From Raja brachyura (lineage: Eukaryota), in NCBI GenBank assembly GCA_963514005.1, contig OY740787.1, positions 69,378,001-69,442,000 on the forward strand: a stretch of 64,000 bases of DNA. The letters run 5' to 3'. Under the pieces are notes generated by a model, which saw nothing but the letters and a program-made list of their open reading frames with translations, searched no databases and had not been told where the DNA came from. Shown here piece after piece: positions 24,441-38,547 of this stretch. Position numbers and translations under genes: made by a program. The first letter of the stretch is position 1. Each line of letters opens with the position of its first letter.

Positions 24441-26959
24441 TTGCACCGACATCACTAGCCAGCAATGGCGCATTGTAAATTATACATAATGGTCTTTTAG
24501 AAACGGAAGCTACATGAACGTGGGAGACTTTAAAGCAACATCTTCGGATTTATAACATAAAAAATCTTGAAGTGACAAGTTCTGTGAGATGTTTTGCAAA
24601 AACTTTGCCAGAATGCTTGTTGTGACTCATCACCACATGCGAACAAATAAGACACTCATCTTGAGAACGCGCCCTCTTCGTTATTCGTATATTTGTATTG
24701 CTTTAACGTGCTGGATCATTTTCACGAGCCACATTGCAGAAGTTGCAAAATAATGCAACTCCTTAACAGCATTCTATGGATTCAGATAAATTACGAAAGG
24801 TTTCACAATCTAAAGATAAAATGGCGACTACAAGCGATAACACATTTACACCTAAAAGCTGACATTAAGTAAAGTTTGACCTTAGCCTTCTTGATGCACG
24901 GCGATATTTATTTACATTTTAATTTTTGTCATGTTTTGCAAGATGTACCATGGGTGCATTGTGAATGGGTTCAAATGGTAATCGCATATGCTAGCAACAA
25001 TCATTTAATGATTGAAAATATAGTGGTAAAATGCCATTTTAAGTATATGGCCGTAAAAAGTTGTTTGCAATAGAGATACATGCATACTAAGTGCGGCGAA
25101 CACCGTACTATGTTATTATATTAATCGGTAGCGAATTTACAATCATGTACATAACAAATTATTTAGCCCATATACCAAAAAAAACGCCTTCTGTTGATTT
25201 ACATCAGAAAATTCTGCAGTAACATATTTCGTGGAGCAAATGTCGACATTGTAGAGAAATTTCGGTTTCAAGTGAAATATTTGTCAAGTTTAAACGTCTT
25301 AATGTATCTATATGTTATTAATTAAAATATGAAAGACTTTGTTCTGCCTTTTGAATATTTTGTTCTTTGAACTGTTATTTTCAAAACAAAAGCTAATATA
25401 TTTGAACGCTCCATTGACGTTTTGAATGCGGAGTCTTTAAATGAACCCTGTTCAGCTGTTTTCTAATTAATAACTTGTTACGCTGTGTACTTAAATTACT
25501 TCTTTATTGTAATCGCGGTTACTATATGAGTAAATAGTGAAAATCATTCCTGTAGTTTATGTATATTTTTCAAATAAGCCTTGTTGATATTTCCCTCCGT
25601 CCTTTAACAGGAAGAATTAAAATTGACCTTGCGTAGTTTTCTTACATGGATTTATGGTATGTAAAGAAAATTAAAACAAATCGCACTTCAACTGTCTCCA
25701 AGTTTTTAATTTCTTGTAAATTAATTCGGTTTTTTTTTACCACATTATCATGTGTCATATTAGACTGTACAATGCTCTGATGTACGTTTCAGAATTTAAC
25801 GCAATGTTGCGCTTTTTTCGACGAAATTCAAATAAAAGTTGAATAAATATATATTGTTGCATTCATAAATTTAAAGGAATTAAAACTGTTGCTGTTGAAA
25901 TAGTTTTGTTTTTTTAATAGACACTTTAGCCTATCCAATATTTGCTTCCTGGGTATTTTTGTAAACATGATGTGAGCTTCTAGAAATATGCAATAGATCC
26001 AGGTTGCTGAGCTTTAAGAAAATAACAAATACGATAATTAGACAGCAATAACAAAACATGACGAGTAAATTTCAAAATAGTAATTGTAAGTGCACTAGAA
26101 TGAAATCCAATGAGATCTTAAAATATCTTACTCAATTGCACCACCTCATTTTCGCATTTGCCGATTAATTCAAAACAAAGTAACATTAATTTCACACAAG
26201 TCATCCAACATTGTGTAAAGATCGCCACAAATATGTTTGGTGGGTGAATAAATTGGAATGGCATGTGGATATCAGAAGCAATTACAACAAAGCTTTCCAA
26301 AATATTCGCAATGATATTCTCTCTCTCCCCCCGTTTATTATTTATAATTAAATGTCGACACCATCCAGCTAATTTAATTTATCCTGAATTTATACTGAAA
26401 CATTTGGAAAGAAAACGACCCCCCCCCCCCCCCCCCCCCGCTCCAAATGGGCAAGGAAAGTATGAATTGTACAATTGCTGTTAGCTGCCCTGCATAAATA
26501 ATACAAAAACATGATGATATGAATTACGTGTTGAAAGCAGCCAAAACATAGCCTGGGTATGCCCGCGCCCCTTGAAGGGAAAAATAAGGGGAGCATATTA
26601 CAGTGGCACGGAAATGGGGAGGGGGCGATAAATTACTTCCTAGTTTTGAAAATAGACATATTATGTGATGAAATTTAGAATTAAGTGAGATTCATTGCTT
26701 TTATATGAGCACGAACTTAGTAGGTGATAATGCTGTTGACCCAGTCATCTTTATTTACCAGCTGCTAACAATTGCAAACCATATTCCTGTGGCATTGTGA
26801 TAAGTTTTGTTGGTCAACCGTAAGAACAAATTATAAAGATTCATGCTTTCTCGTGTTGAATTCAAACTCCGTCATCTTTGGTTATCTGCATACGTCGACT
26901 TTACATCCTTTTTTAAAAAACTTTGAGACATTAAAATATAATTTTGGAGGGTTGCTCGG

Positions 26960-27090
26960 CTCTCTGACGTCAGATTTCTATTTACCATTGACCTTGACTA
27001 TCGTTATAGTCTTTGACCTTGACTTTATTTAGCATCATGAATAATAAAGTCTGACCTGATCACAGAACTAGTTCGCCATCTGCTGGCTAA
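26960..27090. promoter_or_regulatory. D13-D12 regulatory block (RXI-like position): CRE, DR0 sites, CTCF motif
   Basis: TGACGTCA at 26965; TGACCTTGAC at 26989 and 27014; TGACCT at 27052; - strand GCCAGCAGATGGCGAA at 27072-27087 is a strong CTCF consensus match. Confidence 0.65.
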
Positions 27091-29865
27091 ACCGCTGTAA
27101 AACATGGGGCCGCACAGTTGTTGCAGCCGAAGCGCGGGCTTCAAGATGGTCGGTCGGTCGTACTTTAATGTTGCAGACCAATGTGAGAATTGGGCCAACT
27201 ATTCAGTTTTACTTCCATGCTCTTAATGATGTGCAATTTAGAGAGCAACGATTTTGTTTTCAAGATAGACACGACGAAATAAGTTTTTGAATAAACTGAT
27301 TTAAGTGAGATTTTCGAAGGCGGATGCAATGTGTTAATAACCGAGGTCTAATATTTCACATAATTTAAATTTAGCGCGTTTCACGAAGTTATGCATTATG
27401 TGGTATTTCTATATCTAGGTCAATTTTGTGCCATGCCCCTGATGCCCGGAAAACAAAGCACATCCCGGTCATGGCGTTATGTTGTAAGTAAACCTGCCTT
27501 TCTGCGCCGATAGTTGCTGTGAAATGTAAAACATAGAAATGTCCCCGTTCTGTGATTATTCAGTATTTTTCAACGCGTAGCGATAACATCTAATAAACAG
27601 AACTTAAAGGTTAACCGGGATCGTGCAAGCGGTTTGAGAAACGTCATTAACAATAAAGCAGCTTTTGTTGTAGAGAGTGCAAAGTGAGAATTCGTGACCC
27701 AGTTGCATTCCTTGGTTACATTAAATCAAATGAAAATTTCATTGTGTGCAACCTGACACCAGCTACCAAACAAAATGGCAAAACACATATTGATCTTAAA
27801 CATTGTGAGTATATTCTCAATAAACAAAACAGCGATTTGATCCAGTTCGACATTGACCTTGAACTGAGCCACAGTTTAATTTTCGGGTAATTTCAAGATT
27901 TTCGAAAGTTCGGTAGAGATCCGGCTTCGGTCAACCGCCTTTGTTTGTAATTCCTTTTAGATTTTGAGGTCTTACTAAAGTAAAATCTTTTCGGGACTTC
28001 TGTAGGGAATCGTGAGACCATAAAATGACTAGAGACAAACAGTCGTTTTTCCTTCCGGTGAGGATGTGGTGGCGGTGTCTGCTTTGATTTTACTGCTCCT
28101 GATTTTAGCTGAGAAGGATCATTTTTTGTCAAGTTGCAGGTAAGTATCCATCTTAAAGAGTAAAACACGTTGTTAAATTATAGACTTGGGAACATTGATA
28201 GTAGAAACAAAAACTGACTATTATGTTTCTGCAATAGACGCTAGTTGTGTTACTTTAAAAAACAGGAGTGACTTTGGATTATCTTGTTCTCATATTCGAC
28301 ATAATAAATTGTATGTTTCGATAACCATATACGCATTTGGATTACTGTTGTTACGTTTGCATTGTTGGTGGTAAATGAAAAAGTGACATGATAATATTAT
28401 ATATTATATAGAATCATATAGAGTTTTGATTCATGTAAAAAAACAGCTAAATTTTAAATTAAAAAAACAAAAAACTCAAGACACATGTATGTTGATGCCA
28501 GCGTCGGCAAACTCATTGGGATTTACAACAGCAGGCGTATTGCACCATTTGCTTTCGTTTAGATTTAAAATAAAGTTTGCGGTGTTCGAATTTACCGATA
28601 CCAATCTTTTTTCTCTACTAAAAACCTTCAAATTAAGGAGAGATTAAATTCAATTTACTGTATTCTATTTAAATACACGCATTGTAAACACAAAATTCTA
28701 ATGTAATTTAAGATCCGTATTTTAAACCCAGTCGTAAACGTTAGGCGCAGGGGAGCTACACTATCCTTTTCTGCTGGACAGACTGGGAGCAGAGCCATTT
28801 TACTTTCCACCTACAAATCAATTGTAAACTTTAACGTAATTCCAACACTCCCTCTGTAAATGATTTTTGGTTGATTTTTAAAAATCAAATGACTTAATAT
28901 GTTGCATTTAACGCTGGGGTTGAGGGACCGACTTCCGGCAAAAACAACGGTAATGTATAGTATTGTTTAATTTTATGATTAACGTGTATATTCTTGCTAA
29001 ATCCCCAAACCAGATTTTGCACATTGTATTCAGTTTTTTTTTGAACTGGCGTATTCGTTTTCATGGACTCATCCATAAATTCGACACGGAATTTATTTTC
29101 TAATCGCGTTAGAAGATTTAGATTGGCGTTCACGTGTCTGATTTTGAACCTAGTCTTCGTTTATTCGTCGTTTTGCGAGCACACGGAAACAAAACAAAAT
29201 ATGTAGTATGCAAGATTTACACTTAGATGCGGTCATCATGGGATTTGGACGGTACAAAAAATACTCACTAAGACACGAATAAAATAAGCGTGTCAAATAT
29301 AAATTGTCCAGAAATTTTTGATTGTAATGTTAAACGTTTATTCGACCTAAATATACATCACTATTGTATAATATTGAGGACTAATATATTATCTCTATGA
29401 ATTATCTCTATGAACAATATCTTTAATGTTCTTTAATGTTATTTTCTTTAATGGTCAAATCATTTTTGAAACTGGTTTGCAATACTTTAGCGAAAGTGGG
29501 ATTATTTCGGTTTTAAACCAAAAACAATATGTGTATATCAAATATAGAATGTAACCAAAATAGCAATTATTCTGTGAAATATATATGTGTTTGTAGGTCG
29601 GAATGATCGCGTTAAAGAGTTTTCCTGAACTACATTTGCACCCCGTTCCCTTCAGCGAGCAGCGTCGCCCTCACAGCCGGCGAGTACACATGGACGTGGA
29701 CTTGGCTATTTCAGTTGCGAGTTGTATTGGGACGTAGGCGGTGCCAAAAAAAGCTGCTTCCGCTTGTCTTGTGACCCTCCAGGAGCCAATAGACGAGCGC
29801 CTTTCATTTATCTCTGTCTGGAAGCTAAATAGGAGACAGAGAAGATCTGATCGCGCTTCTCGGAA

Positions 29866-30445
29866 ATGTGCGAGCACAATCTGCTAAATTCAGGCTATGT
29901 CGGCTCCCTGTTAAATTTTGCCAGCCCGGAGCCTTTCTACTTTCCCAACCTGCGTCCGAATGCGGCTCAACTGGCAAGTCTGTCACCCGCACTCTCTTAC
30001 ACCCGCCGGGAGGTGTGCTCGCTCCCGTGGACTTCGAGTCCATGCGCATCGCCGCCGCAGAGCCGCGCCTTCAGCGGCTACTCTCAGTCCTATCTCAGCA
30101 ATTCTGTCTCCATCAGCATCAATAGGCATGGATCAGACAAAGCAGCGGCCGGCGAAGAGCCCACCAAATACTACTTCCAAGACAGCAGCCGAAAACTGGA
30201 GGAGAGATGCAGACACAGTCAGTCCTATCCAAGTGAAACCAGTATCCCTTCTTCAGTCAATATCAACCCTGCTAAGTACGAGTACCCAAACGTGGAAACA
30301 TCTCTCCATGGCTCCTCCTTACATAATCAAGGCTTTGAATTGAATTCCAACTCTCCCTCTGTAAATGAAGGCGTCAAGCAATGCGTGAGCCTCAATATGT
30401 CATTACAGTCACCAGTAACGCCAGTGTGCAACAGATCCTCTGATG
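29866..30445 (+). CDS. hoxd12: HoxD12 exon 1
   Basis: MCEHNLLNSGYVGSLLNFASPEPFYFPNLRPN is a PG12 N-terminus. Donor GATG|GTACAG, phase 1. Confidence 0.96.
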
Positions 30446-30937
30446 GTACAGTATCAGTGCAGTATTAAAACGATAACCGTTTGAAACAAAAATGTGGTAT
30501 CCGTCCTCGTTCAAAGTGCTACCTGTCATCTTCATTTGTTGAACATCGGTGATCTTGGAACAAATATGCTTAAAGCAATCAAAATCACCATGAAATAATT
30601 ATTGTAATTACATTACGAGATAATACAAACGTAGATCAAACCATAGGTGATAACTAGTTATTGCACCTAAAGCGTATAATTACAACGTCGTTTTTTTTTA
30701 AACTTTAAACGTTAGTCAACTTAAACGACAAAGAGAACATAGCATATACCTGATTTTGTTTTGTAATTTTATTTGGAGGCCAAAAAAAATCAAAAGATCT
30801 CTTTGTTATGATTTAAATTAGTTAGTTTTTGTACGTTGACGATGACAGAATATTTAGATGATCGGATGCCTTGTTTAAATATTTGTGTTTATTCTATTTG
30901 TCTTGGGGAATACTTAAACTGCTTCGCAGCGTTGACT

Positions 30938-31169
30938 GTTACACAAAAAGCTGGAGAAACTCAGCGGGTGCAGCAGCATCTAAGGAGCGAAGACTGTTGT
31001 TTGTATGATTAAAGGCCAGCAAAGTAAAGAATATGGTATCGAATAATAACCAAATTATGAATCGTGCAAAAGAGTCTGAAGAAGGGTCTCGACCCGAAAC
31101 GCCGCCTATCTCCTTCGCTCCTTAGATGCTGCTGCACCCGCTGAGTTTCTCCAGCTTTTTGTGTAACCC
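30938..31169. mobile_element. Inverted pair of PLE-like repeat copies inside the HoxD12 intron
   Basis: 30938-30992 and 31113-31167 are perfect 55/55 reverse complements. The right copy is flanked by TATGAATCGTGCAA (31056-31069, 31170-31183). Confidence 0.9.
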
Positions 31170-31301
31170 TATGAATCGTGCAATGTTGACAATGTTAGCG
31201 CGCGAACTAACAGACACATTAAAGTATCGACTAGCTTGCGATGATAACGTGGGTAAAGTGCGACAATGTTTTCAACGTTTTTTTCCAATTTCGATTTGCA
31301 G

Positions 31302-31540
31302 GGCTCTCCTGGTGCCCGACCCAAGTGAGGTCAAGGAGGAAACGCAAGCCATACACAAAGCAACAGATAGCTGAACTTGAAAATGAATTCCTCGCGAACG
31401 AGTTTATCAACCGACAGAAGAGAAAGGAATTGTCTGACAGGCTAAACCTGAGCGACCAACAAGTCAAAATTTGGTTTCAAAACCGGCGCATGAAAAAGAA
31501 AAGACTTATTATGCGCGAACAAACGCTATCACTCTTTTAG
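31302..31540 (+). CDS. hoxd12: HoxD12 exon 2 (homeobox)
   Basis: Acceptor ttgcag|. Encodes [68 protein letters not shown]. Confidence 0.97.
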
Positions 31541-34500
31541 ACCAAAGTAAAGTTTAAATGTGAGTTTCAAGGTCGTGAATTAAACTTTTTTAATGGTAAT
31601 TAAGCTTGCTCGCAGAAAGCATGTAGATCAAGAATATCCATTGTTTTAATGGAAAGGTGCTCCTTTGATGTGCTGTCATATAAAACAGCAATCTACCATT
31701 ACATTGCCACTGCCACTAGTCCAGGGCGTGTTGGTTTAGTTTAACCTCAGCGGCATAAAGGGACTGAGATGCAAACTATGGATACCTCGTGAAATATTGT
31801 TATAGCAGGAAATTGAACGCCGGGCAAAAAAAAAAGACTTTCGGTTGCCTGTATCTTGCTGTCCGTGGATGACATACCAGCGCCTTATCATCACCATTGA
31901 ATAGTTTCAAATGACATTTGTAGCTATTTCGTTTCTTGTTTGTTTAAATTGCTCCATGACTCTTCACTTGAGTAACAAGCAGATATTCTGCATTTTGAGA
32001 ATGTAAGTACAACAGGTAATTAGAATGGAACATTCGTATTTTAATCTTAAAAACATAAATATTATGCATGCACTCTACCTATGTAAATTGAGTAATAATA
32101 AAACGAATGTCGAAACAATTGTTCCTTTGTATATATGTCATACTCTTTACTAATTGAATTATAAAGGTAGAGCCGGTAGGCTGATTAATTGTAAGGTGTA
32201 TGCAGATCCTATCAAGATGCAGACTTAATCGTGGGTATTACATTCATCTTTGGAAAGCAGAGCGTGTTGGGGATATATGATAGCTATGGCTGCGGATTTT
32301 AATCAGGAGTAGGTGCGCGAAATATTTACATTCTGGCCACGCTTCAATATTGTGTGCTGCTCTGATTTTCAAGACTGCGCTTACTTCGGCTGCATTACTC
32401 TGTTACCTACTGAACCCAACTGAAATTACAGGTGAATCTGGTGCGTATAATAAAACAAGTAAGCAAATGTTGTCAAACAAATTAAAGAAATAAAACACAT
32501 GAGTAATAAACAGTTACAAATTTGTATTTTCCCTGGTTCTTTTAAAGACCCGCACTGAACAAAATAAGAAAGAAATGCGCTTCATTTTTTAAATAACATT
32601 GATTTATTGCTGTCATTTTAGTTCAGTAACGTAATTACTGAAGGAGCCATTTCTAAATGTTAGAATATTTATACACTAGCTTTTTAATTCGGATGTACAA
32701 TATTAACCCGCTACACGAGCCGCGGAACTGGGAAGTATCAATTGTCAAACAGCCAAATCACAAGGTACAAAGCTTCAAACTCAACGGCTTCCAAACAAAG
32801 CATTAATATTGCACCAACAATACACCATTAGTATACAAGCATTAGTATACAATTTTTCTCCGTATATTTAGTTTACCTATCAACTTGAATTTTTGATTGT
32901 TAAAAAAGTCTGATGAACACTTCGATATTTTGAAACGATGGGAATATAAGCACATCGAATCCAGACTAAACGAAACATATTTTCTCCCCTTATTAAAGCG
33001 GAAACTGTACCCAATAGAAATACTTCATAACATTAAGACACCCCGTGGTTTTTCTCTCCCACTTTCAATCGGTTGGCTCCTGATTTGATTAGAAGCCATT
33101 TAATACTTCCCGGTTGGGAGGTATTTCCTCAATTATCCATTTTTCATGCGCAATGGATCTTTTTTTTATTAAAAATAATATTAGCTGCCCCTACGGAAGT
33201 GTTACCAGCTAATTTCAAAGTATTCACTTATATCGCCAGAAAGAGTAAGCAACCTTTCCGTAAGACTATCGTTATTTGATCGGTTATGACGTGATCTATT
33301 TCATTTGAAGCAATAAATGGACATTTGTTAATTTAATGTCCTACCGTTTGGCGGCGATTCAATTATTGCCGAACAGTTTAGAAATTATTATTTCCTAATA
33401 AATGTAGCAATAATAATCGATATTCAAGAATGAAGCAAAGAGATCCGAAGGGGATCATTTCATGGGCCTTTTATGGACCACATCACCGCCGGGTCCGAAT
33501 GGATTCATTTATTAAAAAAGATGGATTCAAGTTTTTCACTAATTTCAATGCTGCTATGTAATTATGTTATGATTATTAATGAATGAGGGCTTTAACGGAA
33601 TCTCTGTATCTGTGCCTGAGCATTTACCAGACGATGTAAACGAGACCAAATGAGTTGCAGCCTCTTTAATTTTCTTTCCAGCAAATCAGGGCGTGGGTGG
33701 GCTGAAAGCAGGCAGTTCTTCCAATCCCGCCATTTGTTTGGCCTGCCATTAATTAAGCATGCGCCGGGCGATTTTCATGAATCTTTTAAAACCGTTTATT
33801 GAAACATATCAATTTCAAAATAAAAATGAATCTATTAAATGCAATTATTTGACACCGCATATCTTTTTTTGGGGATTCATCAACAATATTTCACGGGACT
33901 TAAATATGTTGAGATAATAAATGGTGAACGAACAGTTCTCAGGATTGTTACACTGTGCCTATGAAATTCAAATAGTGTTTTGTTTCAAACCACGTATGTA
34001 AATGAGAATTGCACTGCAAACTACGAAACGACACTGTTAACAGCATTAAAATAATTCGTGGGATATATTGAAATATTTCCTGGTGGCAAAACCACTGTTT
34101 ATGCCCTTGTTCCTGGGCTTCATCTTTCTTGCGAGCAAATAAAAGAAAAAAATAGGTGCCTGTAGCCCAGATGTTACATACATTTTCCTGTGTTCCTGTG
34201 AACTGGGTAATGAAAAGAGAAGTGCTGCCTTTGTCTGGGGCCTTTTCCATTTCAGGAAGACGGATTTTATGAGAGAAAATACTTTAGATTAGGAGACACG
34301 GAAGTAAAGTTTCCACCATTGCCACTGCATATAAAATATCGAATTAAATGTTTATATATCCCACCAAAATCAATTCTCGTAGGATTGGTATATATTTGCA
34401 TAATATTACGTGGATTGCACTAAGTGTGCTAGAAACGAACTCGTGAAGTAATACATTGCTCACTTGCTACCACAACTCCAAGTGCAATCACGATAATAAC

Positions 34501-35029
34501 GGTAGCCTTTCTACCGACTCTTTGTCTTCCATCATGGGCTGCACATTGATATACACAAACACCAAAATTTGTAGGCCTCGTCTGAGTCAGAAGATATGCA
34601 AACTGTGATACCATACATTGACGTTTCGTAAATTTTTTTGTTAATGTTATTATCATTCCGGTTCAAACATTACTTAGAAATAAAACTGCCTGGGATTCCT
34701 GTAGTTTAGCGTTGCAAATTCACGTGTAAATTGAATTATAAATTAACTTATTAAAAAGTCCTCATGCCGTTCCAACGACTGTTGGTGTCTTTTGGGGAAT
34801 GATTAGTCCTGCGCATGATGCTGAATTTCTAAATACTTTCCCAATGCATTAAACATAGACATTTATTTTAACTACGTTATTCACATTCATCTGTTGGATA
34901 AACCTAAGTCACACAAAATGCTTGGAAACCTAAATGCATTGCAACAATGTTATCGGATTTGCAGCAGTGCTAACCCAAGCTTTGGGAAATTGTCGACTTT
35001 CAGTCGAATCGCCTAGAATCTCTTTTTCA

Positions 35030-35120
35030 TTTCATTTTTATGGTCGAGCTGCCAGACGGTGTGTCTACATGTTTTCCAGATACCGGGGGCGCCATAACAA
35101 AGTTAAGGTCAAGTTAGTGC
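35030..35120. promoter_or_regulatory. D12-D11 regulatory block (RX-like position)
   Basis: TTTTATGG (Abd-B/Cdx site), CTCF-like ATACCGGGGGCGCCA, CCATAAC, and AAGTTA-AGGTCA-AGTTAG. Confidence 0.5.
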
Positions 35121-37684
35121 TTCTTTTTGGATCGCAGAAGTCTACCATACCGCTCACTGGTCGTGTACTTTGCCTGACCAATGAATGTTGCTTTCCACAT
35201 TGGAAAATATTATTTTTTCGTGCAGTGCAACACAAAAAATATATAACGAGGCGAATATTTTGCTGGATCGTCAAACTGAAAACAAAGATCGTGGTCTTGA
35301 TGAATTGCGTAAGAGAAGCAACGCCCTACAAACTAGATTCGTGCATCGCTTAATGTTGTATGTAAGAGAATGATGTCTGAACTTGTGCTACAAAGAAAAA
35401 CATATCTTGTAAAGCGGTATTAACGTTGATTTCCCCATCGCCGGTCTGCAGCGTGTTAGATTCTTGCAGACTATAAGCATTAAGTGCGCTCCGAACACGA
35501 GACGGGAACAAAGGCCACGCGTAATTCCCGTTCTATTCGCAGTTATTGCCAAGTTATTGAAGAGCGCTGGCTAATGCTATTTGACCGTTGTTTTTGATCA
35601 ATTAATACAAATTACATTGAGGGTTTGACCAGCACTTTAATCTTTTTTTCAAATAGCTGCATTGAACAACAGAAGTATTATAACCACAGAATAACTGATT
35701 AAATCGTGTAAGTCACGAGCCTGTGAACAGTAGTCGCAAGGATGAGACATATTAATGAAACATGGCAAATATTAGGTTCCAACGGAACGTTTAAAACCTT
35801 CATATGTTGTATAGTAGTGTGTGAGTGTGCCTATGTTAGAAGTGTCGTATTTCTAATAATTTACATGGCATGCTGCCGAACACCCTGCATTTAATCCTTC
35901 ATTGTGATTTGCCGTATATTTGTTATACCCTATTACCGTTAACGAGAAGATGGATCACTTAGTTGTATTAGGTTTTACATTTTTTATTTAACCTCCTCGG
36001 TATGCGGGGTTTAATCATTACGAGTAGTGAAATCAAATTCCGATCTTTTAGCATACTAGACTTTCTTTTTCAGGTATTATTATTATTTCTACAGCAAACA
36101 ACTGGAGGCTGGATCTCACTAATTAAACCAGTACAGTGTCACATGCCTGATGCTGACATCGACCGGATGTCACATTTTATATCTCTGTGCCCGTGGATTC
36201 AACGAATTTAAATTCGCATATTATTGTATTTAGAAGTTTCTGGTAATCTATATATGTTTCAGAAAAAAATATTTTGTTTCCAAAAATATAAACCTCAACA
36301 ATAGTGCGTGTCAGTTCGGTCAGTATAAGATATGTATTTGCATATTCTTGTTAATCGAGAGTTCCCAATTTAATTAGGTGTCATTCTCAGATTGCTCGAA
36401 TTTGTGGCACAGAATTTTTGATCTAAACCGCCAGCTGTAAATGTGCTCAACTATGGATTTTAATCCGTCAAACATTGATCATGCATAATAGGGGAGAATA
36501 ACAGAAAAATAAAAATGTTATGCTGCACTGGTGAACTTTTTTTTCTCTCTGTGAAGCTATTTTTCCTATAGAACAATTTAGATTTGATAGTTACTTGCAA
36601 CCTTCCTCTGGTTTAATTTTCGCCTGACTGGTGTTCCACTAAGAGAGCTGCAGTGTAGCCCACGTGTGTAGATTCAAAGACTCTTCAAATCAAAATTTCG
36701 CTCTCGTGCAAATCAAACTATTTTTTTAAAGATCCAGGTTATCGGAATTGAGCGAATTACGGAAAATCGCATCAATACAGGGCCTTTAATCCTTAAGCGT
36801 ATGAAAGCAATTTCTCATATTTTTAGCATACCAGACTTTCATATTACATTTCCGTTGTTTTAATTTGAAAGGAAGCCTCGCAATAATAGCGTACCTAGAG
36901 TGACTCTCGTGTCCTGAGAATATTCTAACTTTTGTAGCACGACCATATTTTGATGTTAGTCGTAATGGTAGTGGTTGCTGTGGGGTGGAGTTCAAGCAGT
37001 TCACGAGGCTCCAACCTTCAAAATCCTGTGATTTATACACACCCTGTTAGTGCTAAAATATAATATTAAATTCACACATCCTGGACAGTCGGCTTACGAA
37101 ATGTAAATTATACATTATCATTTAATGTAGTAAAACAAGATAGGTAATTGCATATTCCTGTCAGTAGCAAGTTCCTAATTTATTTAATATACTGAAGCAG
37201 AAGCAAAATAATTAAAAACTAGCCATTTCAAAATAATTGCATTATCCTTTACTATGATTGGCATTTCCACACGTTTCTGTATGATACATATTTTGAAAAT
37301 TGTATTCATAGAATTTATAAATACATAATTTAACCATGATGTAGTTTAGTCTGCAAGTAACATTTGCATTTGTTAACAGCAAATTATTACGAAATGTAAA
37401 AGATAATCATTTATATTCTTTCTGACAGACTGTCTCGCGTTATTATGAATATGAATTCACCAGCTAATGAACCCCAATTGATGGTTTTGATGTTTTCAAA
37501 AGTCCAAATGCAAATATGACAGACTACGATACGGACACTTCATTTTTTATTGTAGTTTTTTTTCCCCCAATCAGAGCACAAATCCTCGATCATGGGAAAG
37601 AAACGCAGCTAACATGTAACTACTGAAAGCCAATAGGCTAATTTCGAATTATCTACCGGTTCCCAAGGATGGATCTTAATGACC

Positions 37685-37775
37685 AAAACTGATATATGGT
37701 AATTTCTACATTGGATCACATGACTCGTTTACCCTCAGAATCAATCAAGATGAATTGCACGTCAGCTTACGTTCC
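37685..37775 (+). promoter_or_regulatory. HoxD11 promoter / 5' conserved block
   Basis: TTCTACATTGGATCACATGAC (CCAAT box plus E-box) and AATCAATCAAGATGAATTGCACGTCAGCTTACG, directly upstream of the CDS. Confidence 0.6.
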
Positions 37776-37888
37776 CAATCTTTTTTTTCTTTCGCCGACC
37801 CGTTCATACGCCTTTAGAGTAGAATAGATGGAGCATGCTTAACGCCATCAATCCTGATAATTTGTTCTCGAAACCACGAAAACAAAAC

Positions 37889-38492
37889 ATGACTGAGTTT
37901 GAAGAGCGTGGTAGCTGCAACTCCAGCATGTATCTACCCAGCTGCACCTACTATGTTTCAGGCCAAGATTTCTCGGCAGTGTCAACGTTCTTACCGCAGA
38001 CGACTTCTTGCCAAATGACATTTCCGTACTCCTCTAATTTAGCTCAGGTCCAACCTGTTCGCGAAGTATCGTTCAGAGACTACGGGTTAGAACTTCCGAC
38101 CAAGTGGCATTACAGGGGCAACTATACTCCTTATTGCCCCGCAGAAGAGATCATGCACAGAGACTATATCCAGCCACCGGCCAGGACGGGAATGTTGTTT
38201 AAAAATGATAATGTATACAGTCAGCGTGCAAGCTCAAATCCATCTTGCAATTTCTACACCACAGTTGGCAGGAATGGAATACTCCCGCAAGGTTTTGATC
38301 AGTTTTTTGAGACAGCCTATGGGATTCCCGACAATTCTAATTATGAACATTTGACCGAAAAGTCCGTGTCTACGTGCCAGAGTATTACAACGTCTGATAA
38401 AGTTTCTGTGGATCAGACGAAAGAAAGTGCAACCGAAAAGAACACTGGCGAATCCTCCGGCAACAGTGTGGCCGACAAAGACAGCCTATCCA
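37889..38492 (+). CDS. hoxd11: HoxD11 exon 1
   Basis: Encodes MTEFEERGSCNSSMYLPSCTYYVS...QPVREVSFRDYG...GRNGILPQGFDQFFE. Donor TCCA|GTAGGT, phase 1; an alternative in-phase donor follows 38504. In-frame upstream ATG at 37835. Confidence 0.95.
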
Positions 38493-38547
38493 GTAGGTGC
38501 ACTGGTAACCCAGGGGTAGAATATAGGGCCAACACATTTTGTCTCAC

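Noticed and set aside
27914-27929. 16-nt exact match (TAGAGATCCGGCTTCG) to the head of the SINE at 10222-10237
   Set aside because: The flanks do not extend the alignment; too short to call an element.
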